From Myxococcota bacterium (GTDB lineage: Bacteria > Myxococcota_A > UBA796), in assembly GCA_036127535.1 (NCBI GenBank), contig JAYYRF010000434.1:1-36277 (forward strand): a stretch of DNA of 36,277 bases, written 5' to 3'. Both the position numbers and the translations under genes were made by a program. The notes under the pieces were generated by a model. It saw only the letters and a program-made list of their open reading frames with translations. It had not been told where the DNA came from and did no database searches. Position 1 is the stretch's first letter, and each line of letters opens with the position of its first letter. Below are positions 1 to 8,536 of the stretch, piece after piece.

Positions 1-1144
1 TTCTATATCTCCAGAAACACCCACCGCAGGCCAAGACCCTCTGGTATGTACCGTAGATGTAGAGAGTACGGACGAAGATGGCGACATCATAACCTATTCA
101 TACGAGTGGCTACGAGAGGGTGTCGTATATCCAAATTACACCACCTCCATTTTACCTCCATCCGTGACTCAGAGCGGAGAAACTTGGACGTGCGTTGCGA
201 CACCCTTTGATGGTTTGAACAACGGAGACTCCGCTCGCGACTCCGTCGTCATCTCTACCTGTGTTTTGTCTGAGTGCGATATGAGCTTGGACTTGGGTGA
301 CGGCATCGGAGTAGACTTTGTCGAGATACCCGCAGGCAATTTCACCATGGGTTCACCTACATCTGAGATTGGCCGAAGCAATGATGAAGTCGAACATCTC
401 GTTACCTTGAGCAATCCCTTCTACATGATGACTACAGAAGTGACCCAAGGTATGTTCGAGCAATTGTCCGGATACAACCCCGCAACTTACGACACGACGT
501 ACGGAATCGATACAAACTATCCCGTCTACTACGTCAACTGGCATATGGCGGCGGACTTCTCAAATAAAATGACCGCACAGCATAACCAAACGCACGGCAC
601 CACTCTCTCCGAATGCTACACCTGCAGTGGTGCAGGAGAAACGGTCTCTTGTGACATAGCCATCAACCCGTACAGCTGTGACGGGTATCGACTGCCGACC
701 GAATCCGAATGGGAATATTCCGCTCGAGCCGGAACGACCAAAGCCATTTGGACACCATATGGTGGTGGAGATCTCAACAATACGACGGCAAGTCTGTATC
801 TATTGACCGATGGAACCGACTTGCGCGATCAATCTTGGTACTATGTAAATCGCTATGACACCATGTACTACAATACCGCAAAACCAGTCGCACAACTCCA
901 AGAGAATAGTTTCGGTCTACACGATATGTCTGGGAACCTGTGGGAATGGACAAACGATTGGTATGACTACTATCCCACCGATGCACAAACAGACCCCGTT
1001 GGCCCCTCTTCCGGGGTAATGCGCGTCATCCGCGGCGGGTTTTGGTGCAACTCTCCCTACAATCTGCGCTCGGCAAAAAGAATCCGGTTTTCTCCTGCAG
1101 TCCGAATCATGAGTATTGGGTTTAGACTCGTACGAACACAGTAA
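1..1144 (+). CDS. Repeat-containing secreted/surface protein with a C-terminal FGE-sulfatase (SUMF1-like, C-type-lectin fold) domain. The 5' end lies outside the window.
   Basis: The reading frame starting at nt 2 has no stop before the GTG at 164, so the listed ORF 164..1144 is only the tail of a longer gene. nt 2-250 encode a DEDGD...YSYEW...GETWTCVATPFDG repeat unit. The rest carries FGE-sulfatase hallmarks: FVEIPAGNFTMGSP, VNWHMAADF, YRLPTESEWEYSARAG, HDMSGNLWEWTND, RVIRGGFW, GFRLVR. Confidence 0.85.
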   Translation, partial: SISPETPTAGQDPLVCTVDVESTDEDGDIITYSYEWLREGVVYPNYTTSILPPSVTQSGETWTCVATPFDGLNNGDSARDSVVISTCVLSECDMSLDLGDGIGVDFVEIPAGNFTMGSPTSEIGRSNDEVEHLVTLSNPFYMMTTEVTQGMFEQLSGYNPATYDTTYGIDTNYPVYYVNWHMAADFSNKMTAQHNQTHGTTLSECYTCSGAGETVSCDIAINPYSCDGYRLPTESEWEYSARAGTTKAIWTPYGGGDLNNTTASLYLLTDGTDLRDQSWYYVNRYDTMYYNTAKPVAQLQENSFGLHDMSGNLWEWTNDWYDYYPTDAQTDPVGPSSGVMRVIRGGFWCNSPYNLRSAKRIRFSPAVRIMSIGFRLVRTQ

Positions 1145-1172
1145 GAAAACGTATCGTTTCTTGTATTGTTTT
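1143..1172 (+). terminator. Possible rho-independent terminator after the FGE-domain gene
   Basis: AAGAAAACG-TAT-CGTTTCTT forms an imperfect stem (5 bp, one bulged A, then 3 bp) overlapping the TAA stop. It is followed by the U-rich GTATTGTTTTCC. Confidence 0.35.
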
Positions 1173-1658
1173 CCATCGGGCTGACAAGACTCCTTTCTGG
1201 CAACCTACAGACCCGTCGATCGTACAGGCACGCTGGAAATCTTTATTTTTAGAGGAGATATACGATTGAACCTATGCTGAATCTTCTACCGTTCACATCC
1301 TCTGTCGTCTCGCCGTCGACGAGGTAAATGGAGCACAATGTTTATCGTTGCATCCTATCGCTTGTGCGATCGTTGTGATATTAAACGCGTTCACCTCGAA
1401 GATGCTCATTCCATCGCCTGTGTGGGTGCATCATTCTACCAAATTGGCTTTCTCAGAGCCAGATATACGCAAAAAACCACGTCCTCAGCATCTCCCCCAA
1501 CCATCGCTCGTATCGGTGTGGCCCATACAGTCTTTTTTGATCTTACCTACTCCTTTTCCTCCTAAAAAGACGCCAAAAGAAAAAGGAAACCTCGATTTAA
1601 GGCGCAATAAAAATGCATCGTGTTAACTTGAGTCAAACCCCCTGCATTCGGAGAAGAG

Positions 1659-2969
1659 ATGAGCGTCTGGTTTTTTACTTGTCTGTTGACTGCACAAGCC
1701 GATCCCCTTCCCTCTATACCCTTTGAGACATACAAACTCGAAAATGGTCTCAATGTTATTCTGTCCGAGGATCACTCCATTCCATCGGTACAAGTAAACA
1801 TCTGGTACGGCGTCGGATCGAAAGACGAAACAACCGGACTGACCGGTTTCGCACACCTGTTTGAACATCTTATGTTTCAAGGCTCTGAAAACTACAACAT
1901 GGACTACTTCAATGCTCTCGAAGAAATCGGGGCAAGCGTCAATGGTACGACGTCTTTCGACCGTACCAACTATTATGAAGGTGTTCCGAGCAATCATCTT
2001 CCGCTTGCCCTGTGGATCGAAAGCGATCGTATGGGATGGCTTTTGCCAGCACTTACAGAAGAGAAACTACAAAATCAAAAAGAGGTTGTTCGCAACGAAC
2101 GACGCCAAAGCTATGAAATACGACCCTTCGGACGAGTTTGGATGTGGCTGTTTGAAAACCTGTATCCACAAGGACATCCATACCATGTTCCCACCATCGG
2201 CAAACACGAAGACATTGCGAATGCTCAAATGGACGACGTGACCGCGTTCTTCAAAAAGTGGTATCAACCCTCTAACGCTTCTTTGGTCATCTGTGGCGAC
2301 TTTAATCCTTCGCAAGCGAAAGAGCTGGTTCAAAAGTATTTCGCAGAAATCCCCAATAACAATACGCCCACTCCACTAATGAGCATGGAGCCGGTCGTAT
2401 TGAAAGAAAATAAGATCGTACGCAAAACCGATAAGGTACCATATTCCAAAGTTTGGATCGCTTGGCTTTCCCCTCCACTCTTCGCACCTGGAGATGCGGA
2501 AATGGACATCTTATCTACATTGTTGAGCGAAGGAAAAGACAGTCGCCTGCATAAGGCGCTTATAGAGGAAAAAGGCCTAGCAAAAGACGTAGCTGCGTAT
2601 CAATATTCTACACAACTACAAAGCCAATATATGATCGAAGCAACCGTTGCAACGGGAAAGACATCGGACGAGGTCGTCAGCGCAATTGAAGAGGTACTAA
2701 AAGAGTTTAGCGCATCCGAAGAAGAAGTTCGGGTAGCAAAATACAATTGGGAGGCGCGTTTTTATCAAAATCTGACCACCATTGCTCGCAAATCGGACAT
2801 GCTCAACAACTACTATATGCGAACCGGAGACGCTGGGTACATCCAAAAAGATCTACAGCGTTACCTCGACGTGAGCGCGGACTCTATCGACCAAACCTTC
2901 CAAAAAGTGATCCTCAATTCAAAGCGCGTATACCTACATGTGACGCCAGAGCCAAAGGAGGCTCAATAA
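1659..2969 (+). CDS. M16 (pitrilysin/insulinase) family zinc peptidase, catalytically competent subunit, secreted
   Basis: The inverted zinc motif HxxEH is present as H66-L-F-E-H70 (nt 1854-1868) in GFAHLFEHLMFQGS. The signal peptide is MSVWFFTCLLTAQA. A GGAGAAGAG SD lies directly upstream of the ATG. Confidence 0.9.
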   Translation: MSVWFFTCLLTAQADPLPSIPFETYKLENGLNVILSEDHSIPSVQVNIWYGVGSKDETTGLTGFAHLFEHLMFQGSENYNMDYFNALEEIGASVNGTTSFDRTNYYEGVPSNHLPLALWIESDRMGWLLPALTEEKLQNQKEVVRNERRQSYEIRPFGRVWMWLFENLYPQGHPYHVPTIGKHEDIANAQMDDVTAFFKKWYQPSNASLVICGDFNPSQAKELVQKYFAEIPNNNTPTPLMSMEPVVLKENKIVRKTDKVPYSKVWIAWLSPPLFAPGDAEMDILSTLLSEGKDSRLHKALIEEKGLAKDVAAYQYSTQLQSQYMIEATVATGKTSDEVVSAIEEVLKEFSASEEEVRVAKYNWEARFYQNLTTIARKSDMLNNYYMRTGDAGYIQKDLQRYLDVSADSIDQTFQKVILNSKRVYLHVTPEPKEAQ

Positions 2970-4420
2970 TGCTGTTCTCTTTACTCACCCTACTTGCTTG
3001 CGGTCCCAAACCACCTCCCGTAGTGGCTGCTCATTCTCCCTCACGCGAGGCCACAACAAGACCAGCCCCCCTAGAAAAATCGTCATTTTCTCTTCCTTCA
3101 CTGGAAAAAGGAACGCTTCAAAACAATATTCCCGTCGCAATATCGAAAAATAACGAAGTTCCTTTGGTATACATTTGGATTACATTTGATGCTGGAGGCT
3201 GGACGGATCCCGACGATCAAATCGGTTTGGCTAAGGCCACCATGGATATGCTGGATGAAGGAGCAGGCGAGTACAGTGCTGGAGCACTCAGTAAAGAACT
3301 CCGTAAACTGGCCAGTTCGATATCGACCCAAGCGACCATGGACGGTGCAAGTATACGCCTGCAATGCCTCAAAAAAAACTTAAAACCCTCTTTGGAACTG
3401 CTTGCGGAAATCTTACAGCAGCCAACCTTTCCCCAATCAGTATGGGATCGAAAAGCCCAAGAGTACCAGCAAGAACTCGCTCGACAAACCTCCGATCCCA
3501 AACAGATTGCAAGACGAGTTTGGCGTAAATTGCTATATGGACAAGAATACGCCGGCAGACTTCAACAATCTACCCACATCGAATCCCTAAGCACAACAGC
3601 AATGAAGCAGTGGCATCAAACGTTTCTCACGCCCGATAATGCTCAAATATGGGTTGGAGGAGACACCTCTTTGGACGATATCTTACCCCATCTCGAAGAG
3701 ACTTTCGGTCAATGGTCGGTAGAGAGCACCCAACCGTTTCCCCGTAAGCCCAGCGCAATTACGTTACAAGAACCCACACGAACCTTTGTCTATCTTGTCG
3801 ATCAACCGGGTGTGAGCCAATCGGTCATGTATCTCGGACATGGAGTCGGAACCAAAACCGATGAACATGCTACCCCCTTACTCTTGGCAAACCAATCGTT
3901 CGGCGGCATGTTTACGGCTCGCGTCAATATGAATCTTCGCGAGGATAAGGGATGGACATACGGCGCTTGGACATGGCTGAGCTACAACTATTATCCTGGA
4001 ACGTGGACGATGAGCAGCAGTGTCATCACGAAGCAGACCGCTGCTGCCATACGAGAAGTGATCAAAGATATCCGCGAATCGAAAAGCACACGCCCGCTTA
4101 CCACCACCGAATTCGAGAGAGGTCGCGGAGATCTTTTGGGACAATTTCCATTAAAATTCGAGCAGCCTGCCTATCTTCTCAGTCGCCAAATCGAGATATC
4201 TCGTTATAATTTACCAAAGGACTGGCTCAATCAATACGAAGATAGAATTTCGAAGGTAACGCTGGAAGACTCACAAGCCGTTTGGAACGATATAATTGAC
4301 CCTGAGTCAATGTTCATCGTTGTCGTGGGAGATCGGAGCGCAATTGAATCTGACTTATTGGATCTGGGATATACGGTCATTCATACCGATTACAACGGGC
4401 AAAAAATAGAGAAAGAATAA
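2969..4420 (+). CDS. M16 peptidase family protein, non-catalytic (no HxxEH) subunit, predicted lipoprotein
   Basis: The ATG at 2969 overlaps the upstream TAA by 1 nt (TAATG). The N-terminus MLFSLLTLLAC has a lipobox. The M16 fold is recognisable, but the HxxEH position reads GLAKATMDMLDEG with no His. The ORF-track start at 2747 lies inside the upstream gene and is rejected. Confidence 0.85.
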   Translation: MLFSLLTLLACGPKPPPVVAAHSPSREATTRPAPLEKSSFSLPSLEKGTLQNNIPVAISKNNEVPLVYIWITFDAGGWTDPDDQIGLAKATMDMLDEGAGEYSAGALSKELRKLASSISTQATMDGASIRLQCLKKNLKPSLELLAEILQQPTFPQSVWDRKAQEYQQELARQTSDPKQIARRVWRKLLYGQEYAGRLQQSTHIESLSTTAMKQWHQTFLTPDNAQIWVGGDTSLDDILPHLEETFGQWSVESTQPFPRKPSAITLQEPTRTFVYLVDQPGVSQSVMYLGHGVGTKTDEHATPLLLANQSFGGMFTARVNMNLREDKGWTYGAWTWLSYNYYPGTWTMSSSVITKQTAAAIREVIKDIRESKSTRPLTTTEFERGRGDLLGQFPLKFEQPAYLLSRQIEISRYNLPKDWLNQYEDRISKVTLEDSQAVWNDIIDPESMFIVVVGDRSAIESDLLDLGYTVIHTDYNGQKIEKE

Positions 4421-4442
4421 TATTGCAAAAGGTGTTTCAATC

Positions 4443-5360
4443 ATGGGAATAGAGAGTAAGTACATTTGGATGGATGGGGAATTCCTCCCCTTCGAAAAAG
4501 CGCAGGTTCATCTTCTAAGTCATACGCTTCATTACGGATTGGGCGCCTTTGAAGGGATTCGAAGCTACCGACAAGTCGGCGGTGGCGGTGGTATTTTTAA
4601 ACTGGAAGAACATCTCGTTCGACTTTTCGACTCCGCTAAAATGTGTCGAATGCCCATGCCCTTTGACTTACAAACCCTCAAAGATGCCTGTATTGAAACC
4701 TTGCAACGAAACGAATTTGAAGAAGCGTACATTCGTCCGATTATCTATCTCGGTCATGGAGCGATGGGGTTGGGTGCCAGAAATAATCCGGTTCGTGTCG
4801 CCATTGCTACATGGCAATGGGGCTCCTACCTCGGTGATGAAGGAATCCAAAATGGTATCCGGGTTGGCACCAGTTCTTACACCCGACACCACGTCAATGC
4901 AAACCTACAGCGCGCGAAGATCATTGGGCACTATGTAAACTCTATTTTGGCGCGCTATGAAGCCAATGACAACGGATACGACGAAGCCATTATGCTCGAT
5001 CACAGTGGGTATGTAGCCGAAGGAACCGGAGAGAATCTCTTCGTCATTCGAGAAGGAAAAATTAAAACCCCACCGGTTGTGAACATCCTCGCGGGAATCA
5101 CGCGAAAAACAGCCATCGAAATCCTTGAAAACGAAGGCTACTCTGTAAGCGAAATGCATTTTGGCCGTGATGCCATTTACGTTGCAGAAGAAGCTTTTAT
5201 GACTGGAACCGCCGCTGAAATCACACCTGTACGAGAAATTGATCGTCTAGAAATCGGCAAAGGCGCGCCCGGACCCGTCACACGCCAGGTACAACAGATC
5301 TACATGGACGGCGTTCGGGGAAAAATCGATTGGATGCGTCCATTCATCACAACCTACTAA
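4443..5360 (+). CDS. ilvE: Branched-chain amino acid aminotransferase (class IV PLP enzyme)
   Basis: IlvE-like over the full length: HTLHYGLGAFEGIRSY, EAYIRP, AKIIGHYVNSILA, GTGENLF, GITR, TGTAAEITPVREID. Confidence 0.92.
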   Translation: MGIESKYIWMDGEFLPFEKAQVHLLSHTLHYGLGAFEGIRSYRQVGGGGGIFKLEEHLVRLFDSAKMCRMPMPFDLQTLKDACIETLQRNEFEEAYIRPIIYLGHGAMGLGARNNPVRVAIATWQWGSYLGDEGIQNGIRVGTSSYTRHHVNANLQRAKIIGHYVNSILARYEANDNGYDEAIMLDHSGYVAEGTGENLFVIREGKIKTPPVVNILAGITRKTAIEILENEGYSVSEMHFGRDAIYVAEEAFMTGTAAEITPVREIDRLEIGKGAPGPVTRQVQQIYMDGVRGKIDWMRPFITTY

Positions 5361-6718
5361 TCCGAGAAAGTCGCACGCAGCATTTGGGCTTGACGCTCTA
5401 TTTGCGACCAAGCGGTGCCCCCTCTCGAATTCCGTCTTTCTACGGCAGCTTCGGGCCGTAACCAGGAAATCACATCCGCTTCAAATAGATCGTGGTATTC
5501 TTTGTATTCTGCGAGAGAAAGTTGGTGCAAGCCGATACCCTCTTGCTCACAACGCTTCACAATCCGCCCCGTAATATGGTGAGCTTCCCGGAAAGGTAGA
5601 CCCTTGGAAGATAAATAGTCGGCAATCTCTGTCGCCAAAAGGAGATCTCCTTCCAGAGGGGGAGGCTCTAGGATTTGCATAGAAGAAATACAACCCGTCA
5701 TCACGCTTACCGATGCTGCAGCGGTGCGAACAGAGTCAAACAGAGCATTGCGATCTTCTTGCAAATCACGATTGTAAGCCATGGGAAGACCTTTCGTCAA
5801 TGTCAATAGATTGGTTAAAGAGCCGTAAATCCGACCGGTTTTTCCGCGAATTAGCTCGGCTGCATCAGGATTACGTTTTTGGGGCATGATGGAAGAGCCC
5901 GTAGACCAATCGTCACTCAGTCGAACACGGGAAAACTCCTTGGTCGACCACAAAATGATCTCGGTAGAGAGACGAGAGAGATGACTGGCTAAGATCGAGA
6001 GAGCCGCGAGGCTCTCTTGCATATGATCTCGCGCACTCACCGCATCCATCGCATTTTCCATTACGCCATCAAAACCGAGAATATCTGCCGTTTTGTTGCG
6101 ATCTATTGGATGTGGGGTACCAGCCATGGCAGCGGCTCCCAAAGGACTTTTGTTCACGCGACGTAGACAATCGCGCAGTCGTTCCGCATCTCTGGAGAAA
6201 GACCATGCATGCGCCAACAGTTGATGAGCAAACCAAATGGGCTGTCCTCTTTGAAGGTGGGTATAGCCAGGAACCAATACACGAGCATCTTGCACTGCGC
6301 GTTGTACCAAGACCAAAACGAGGCGCTTTACCGAACGCTCGAGAAGCGCCAACCGACGGCGAAGCCATAGACGTACATCCGTAGCAACCTGATCGTTACG
6401 GGAACGAGCCGTGTGGAGTTTTCCCGCGACGTCACCTATTTTTAGATGTAATCGCCCCTCCACAGCCATATGGATATCCTCATCTTCTACCCCCGGTACC
6501 CAGCCGTTACGAAGATCATCGGCCACCAAATCCAAACCGGACAGAATCAGCTGTAATTCTTCGGAAGAGAGAAGGCCAACCGACTGCAACATCTGCGCGT
6601 GAGCCTTAGAACCCGTGATATCCTCCTCCCACATTTGGAGATCAACTCCCAAAGACTCGCCGAAAGACTGCATCTCGACAGCGGGTCCTCCCTCAAAACG
6701 ACCATCCCAAAGAGCCAT
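5357..6718 (-). CDS. argH: Argininosuccinate lyase
   Basis: N-terminal LWDGRFEGG and the fumarate-lyase signature GSSIMPQKRNPD. The start lies 1 nt after the argG stop. Confidence 0.95.
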   Translation of the reverse strand: MALWDGRFEGGPAVEMQSFGESLGVDLQMWEEDITGSKAHAQMLQSVGLLSSEELQLILSGLDLVADDLRNGWVPGVEDEDIHMAVEGRLHLKIGDVAGKLHTARSRNDQVATDVRLWLRRRLALLERSVKRLVLVLVQRAVQDARVLVPGYTHLQRGQPIWFAHQLLAHAWSFSRDAERLRDCLRRVNKSPLGAAAMAGTPHPIDRNKTADILGFDGVMENAMDAVSARDHMQESLAALSILASHLSRLSTEIILWSTKEFSRVRLSDDWSTGSSIMPQKRNPDAAELIRGKTGRIYGSLTNLLTLTKGLPMAYNRDLQEDRNALFDSVRTAAASVSVMTGCISSMQILEPPPLEGDLLLATEIADYLSSKGLPFREAHHITGRIVKRCEQEGIGLHQLSLAEYKEYHDLFEADVISWLRPEAAVERRNSRGGTAWSQIERQAQMLRATFSD

Positions 6719-6719
6719 A

Positions 6720-7922
6720 TCAACCCCTATGAATTTTGGCGAAGGTTCGATAAGAAAGACCGTAGAGTCTCATAAAGCCTGTTGCGGCGGTTCTATCAAA
6801 GGTATCACCCTCGGAATATGTCGCTAGTCCTTCATCGTAGAGAGAATGAGGAGAGCGTCGTCCTGTAACGCGTGCCAAACCAGCAGATATACGAATTCGA
6901 ACGTCTCCTGCTACGAATTTTTGCGACTCTTTCAAAAAGGCATCAAAGCAATTACGCAGTGGACCAAACCACAAGCCATTGTAGATCAAGTTGGAATAAT
7001 CTTGTGAAATGCGTCGAGAATAGTTGAACGTTTCGCGATCCATTACAATCCTTTCAAGCTCGGTATGCGCCATATGGATCAACGTCGCCCCCGGTGCCTC
7101 ATACACTTCTCGCGACTTAAGTCCGACGATTCTATTTTCCACCATGTCGATTCGGCCGATTCCATACGCACCGGCGATCTCGTTCAAAACTTTGATCAGC
7201 TGTACTCCGCCCATTTCCGTACCGTTAAAGGACACTGGAAGACCTTCCCTGAACCCCAAGATGATCTCGATCGAACCTGCGGGAGCGGTGGTTGGATCCT
7301 TGGTCATTCTCCAAGCATCGGGTGGTGGCTCGCACCACAAGTCTTCCATCTCTCCACACTCGATCGCACAGCCCCAAATATTTTCGTCAATCGAAAAGGG
7401 TTTTTCCTTGGTGATGGGTATGTCGATGTCGTGCTCGATCGCATAATCTATTTCGTCTTCTCGCGTAAGGAGATCCCATGTACGCAGCGGAGCAATTACA
7501 TCTATTTGCGGTGCCAAGCACTGCGCGGCAACTTCAAACCGAACCTGATCGTTTCCTTTTGCGGTACAGCCATGGGCTATGGCATCAGCACCATGCTCCA
7601 AAGCAACCTCGACGAGTCTTTGCGCGAGCAGCGGTCTTCCCAGGGCCGTATGCAAAGGATACAGCCCTTCATACAAGGCCGAAGCACGAACGGATGGCCA
7701 CACGAATTCTTCGACAAACCTCTCTTGTAAATCGTCGACAACCGCCTCGGCCGCTCCGGTTTGCAGTGCTTTCGCGCGAATGGCTGGTAGATCGTCACCT
7801 TGCCCTAAATCACCGGTATATGTGATGATGTCAGCTTTGTAGTGCTCCTTTAACCATGGAATCATAACGGAGGTGTCGAGCCCACCTGAGTATGCACATA
7901 CAATCTTATTGTATTTTTTCAT
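6720..7922 (-). CDS. argG: Argininosuccinate synthase
   Basis: AYSGGLDTS ATP-pyrophosphatase motif, GCTAKGNDQVRFE, and a typical length of 400 aa. Confidence 0.95.
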   Translation of the reverse strand: MKKYNKIVCAYSGGLDTSVMIPWLKEHYKADIITYTGDLGQGDDLPAIRAKALQTGAAEAVVDDLQERFVEEFVWPSVRASALYEGLYPLHTALGRPLLAQRLVEVALEHGADAIAHGCTAKGNDQVRFEVAAQCLAPQIDVIAPLRTWDLLTREDEIDYAIEHDIDIPITKEKPFSIDENIWGCAIECGEMEDLWCEPPPDAWRMTKDPTTAPAGSIEIILGFREGLPVSFNGTEMGGVQLIKVLNEIAGAYGIGRIDMVENRIVGLKSREVYEAPGATLIHMAHTELERIVMDRETFNYSRRISQDYSNLIYNGLWFGPLRNCFDAFLKESQKFVAGDVRIRISAGLARVTGRRSPHSLYDEGLATYSEGDTFDRTAATGFMRLYGLSYRTFAKIHRG

Positions 7923-8104
7923 CTTTTTTCTCCATACAGGAATAATCGTTTTTCAAGGGAGCGTTCGAAACGTTACCTCTCCGTACCGAAACGGTGAGAG
8001 TTTGGAAGCACGAGCATAGTCCCGTATCGATTACGCAATGCGATCAGACGCAAACCCAAACCATCATTTACCGACTTCCAATCAAAATGACAAGTGAAAA
8101 AGCA

Positions 8105-8134
8105 GGAGAAAAAAGAAATCCCCCAGACCGGGGG
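8105..8134 (-). terminator. Rho-independent terminator of the small HTH gene
   Basis: The minus strand reads CCCCC-GGTCT-GGGGG followed by ATTTCTTTTTTCTCC, 25 nt after the TAG at 8160-8162. Confidence 0.7.
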
Positions 8135-8159
8135 ACAAGGGAGATAATAAGGAGGGATG

Positions 8160-8405
8160 CTATGCCGTGCGGCGCTCACGTAAGATACGATCTATCTCAG
8201 GAAAAAGCTTGTAGTGAGTTACAACCTCACCAAATGTATTTTTCCATTGACGGACACGCTCACGACTGACGTTGAATTCGTCAGCAATGGCTTGCCCACT
8301 TTCGCCGGCGGCTAGTGCGGAGAGGAGTCGTTGGAAACGGGTTCTTCCATAGGATTTAATGAAATTTCGTGCAACCCGTTCTCTGCTTCTGGATACAGCA
8401 GCCAT
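8160..8405 (-). CDS. Small (81 aa) stand-alone helix-turn-helix DNA-binding protein
   Basis: The ATG at 8405 is preceded by GGAGATTACC (SD with spacing of about 8 nt). The HTH-like segment GESGQAIADEFNVSRERVRQW resembles sigma-70 region 4 or transposase-type HTH. The gene has its own consensus promoter and terminator. The ORF-track start at 8573 would run through the promoter and is rejected. Confidence 0.7.
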   Translation of the reverse strand: MAAVSRSRERVARNFIKSYGRTRFQRLLSALAAGESGQAIADEFNVSRERVRQWKNTFGEVVTHYKLFPEIDRILRERRTA

Positions 8406-8440
8406 GGTAATCTCCAAAGTTAAAAGATGATGAATAAATC

Positions 8441-8462
8441 TGTAGATCGCATAAAATCTACA
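8441..8462. promoter_or_regulatory. Inverted repeat TGTAGAT-N8-ATCTACA at the start of the HTH gene leader (operator or 5' hairpin)
   Basis: The 7-bp arms are perfect, at 8441-8447 and 8456-8462, immediately downstream of the predicted TSS. Confidence 0.45.
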
Positions 8463-8469
8463 TAATTGA

Positions 8470-8497
8470 ATATTACACACTTCCATTGACATGTCAA
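8470..8497 (-). promoter_or_regulatory. Near-consensus sigma-70 promoter for the HTH gene
   Basis: The minus strand reads TTGACA (8497-8492), a 16-nt spacer, then TAATAT (8475-8470). The predicted TSS is near 8463, giving a leader of about 58 nt. Confidence 0.65.
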
Positions 8498-8498
8498 T
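8485..8498. promoter_or_regulatory. Perfect 14-bp palindrome ATTGACATGTCAAT overlapping the -35 box
   Basis: Read directly from the sequence. It contains TTGACA on both strands. Confidence 0.5.
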
Positions 8499-8504
8499 CA
8501 GTTG

Positions 8505-8536
8505 TGAAACTTTTTTTGTTTCATATCGAATGAAAC
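8505..8536. promoter_or_regulatory. Three alternating hexamers, TGAAAC-T7-GTTTCA-TATCGAA-TGAAAC (candidate regulator sites or mutually exclusive hairpins)
   Basis: The hexamers lie at 8505-8510, 8518-8523 and 8531-8536. The central arm can pair with either neighbour. With flanking bases the second pairing is GTTTCAT/ATGAAAC (7 bp). Confidence 0.45.

Noticed and set aside
1274-1327. A 17-codon micro-ORF (MLNLLPFTSSVVSPSTR) downstream of the strong SD-like AGAGGAGA.
   Set aside because: The SD-to-ATG spacing is about 16 nt, which is too long. Only an in-frame ATT or an out-of-frame 4-codon TTG ORF sits at proper spacing. There is no evidence of conservation. It is kept only as a note within the spacer finding.
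1-1658. Diversity-generating retroelement: FGE-sulfatase/C-type-lectin folds are common DGR variable proteins, and this gene is followed by a long non-coding region that could have held a template repeat.
   Set aside because: I could not find any copy of the 3' end of the gene (about 1000-1140) in 1145-1658 or elsewhere by eye. No reverse transcriptase ORF is present in the window. An RT upstream of the window cannot be excluded. A VR/TR self-alignment allowing A-to-N mismatches would settle the question.
2747-2968. N-terminal extension of the second M16 ORF (ORF-track start at 2747).
   Set aside because: It overlaps the first M16 gene by 222 nt. The extension is Arg-rich with no signal peptide, whereas the ATG at 2969 gives a canonical lipoprotein signal and TAATG coupling.
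7065-7730. A 221-aa + strand ORF (plus 7024-7446 and 7478-7825) antisense to argG.
   Set aside because: It lies entirely within a well-supported argG CDS. It has no SD, and its translation is low-complexity and Arg/Ser-rich with no motif. This is a typical shadow ORF.
7939-7956. An ARG-box-like sequence, GGAATAATCGTTTTTCAA, just upstream of argG.
   Set aside because: The half-sites (GGAAT / TTTCA) are degenerate and are spaced 7 nt rather than the 4 nt of the TGAAT-N4-ATTCA core. There is no second box. The match is not distinguishable from chance without a genome-specific ArgR motif.
8486-8491. The plus-strand TTGACA of the palindrome as a -35 for pyk.
   Set aside because: No acceptable -10 lies 16-18 nt downstream (ACTTTT). 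The site is also more than 200 nt from the pyk start. A TATAAAT at 8660-8666 is a better but still weak candidate.
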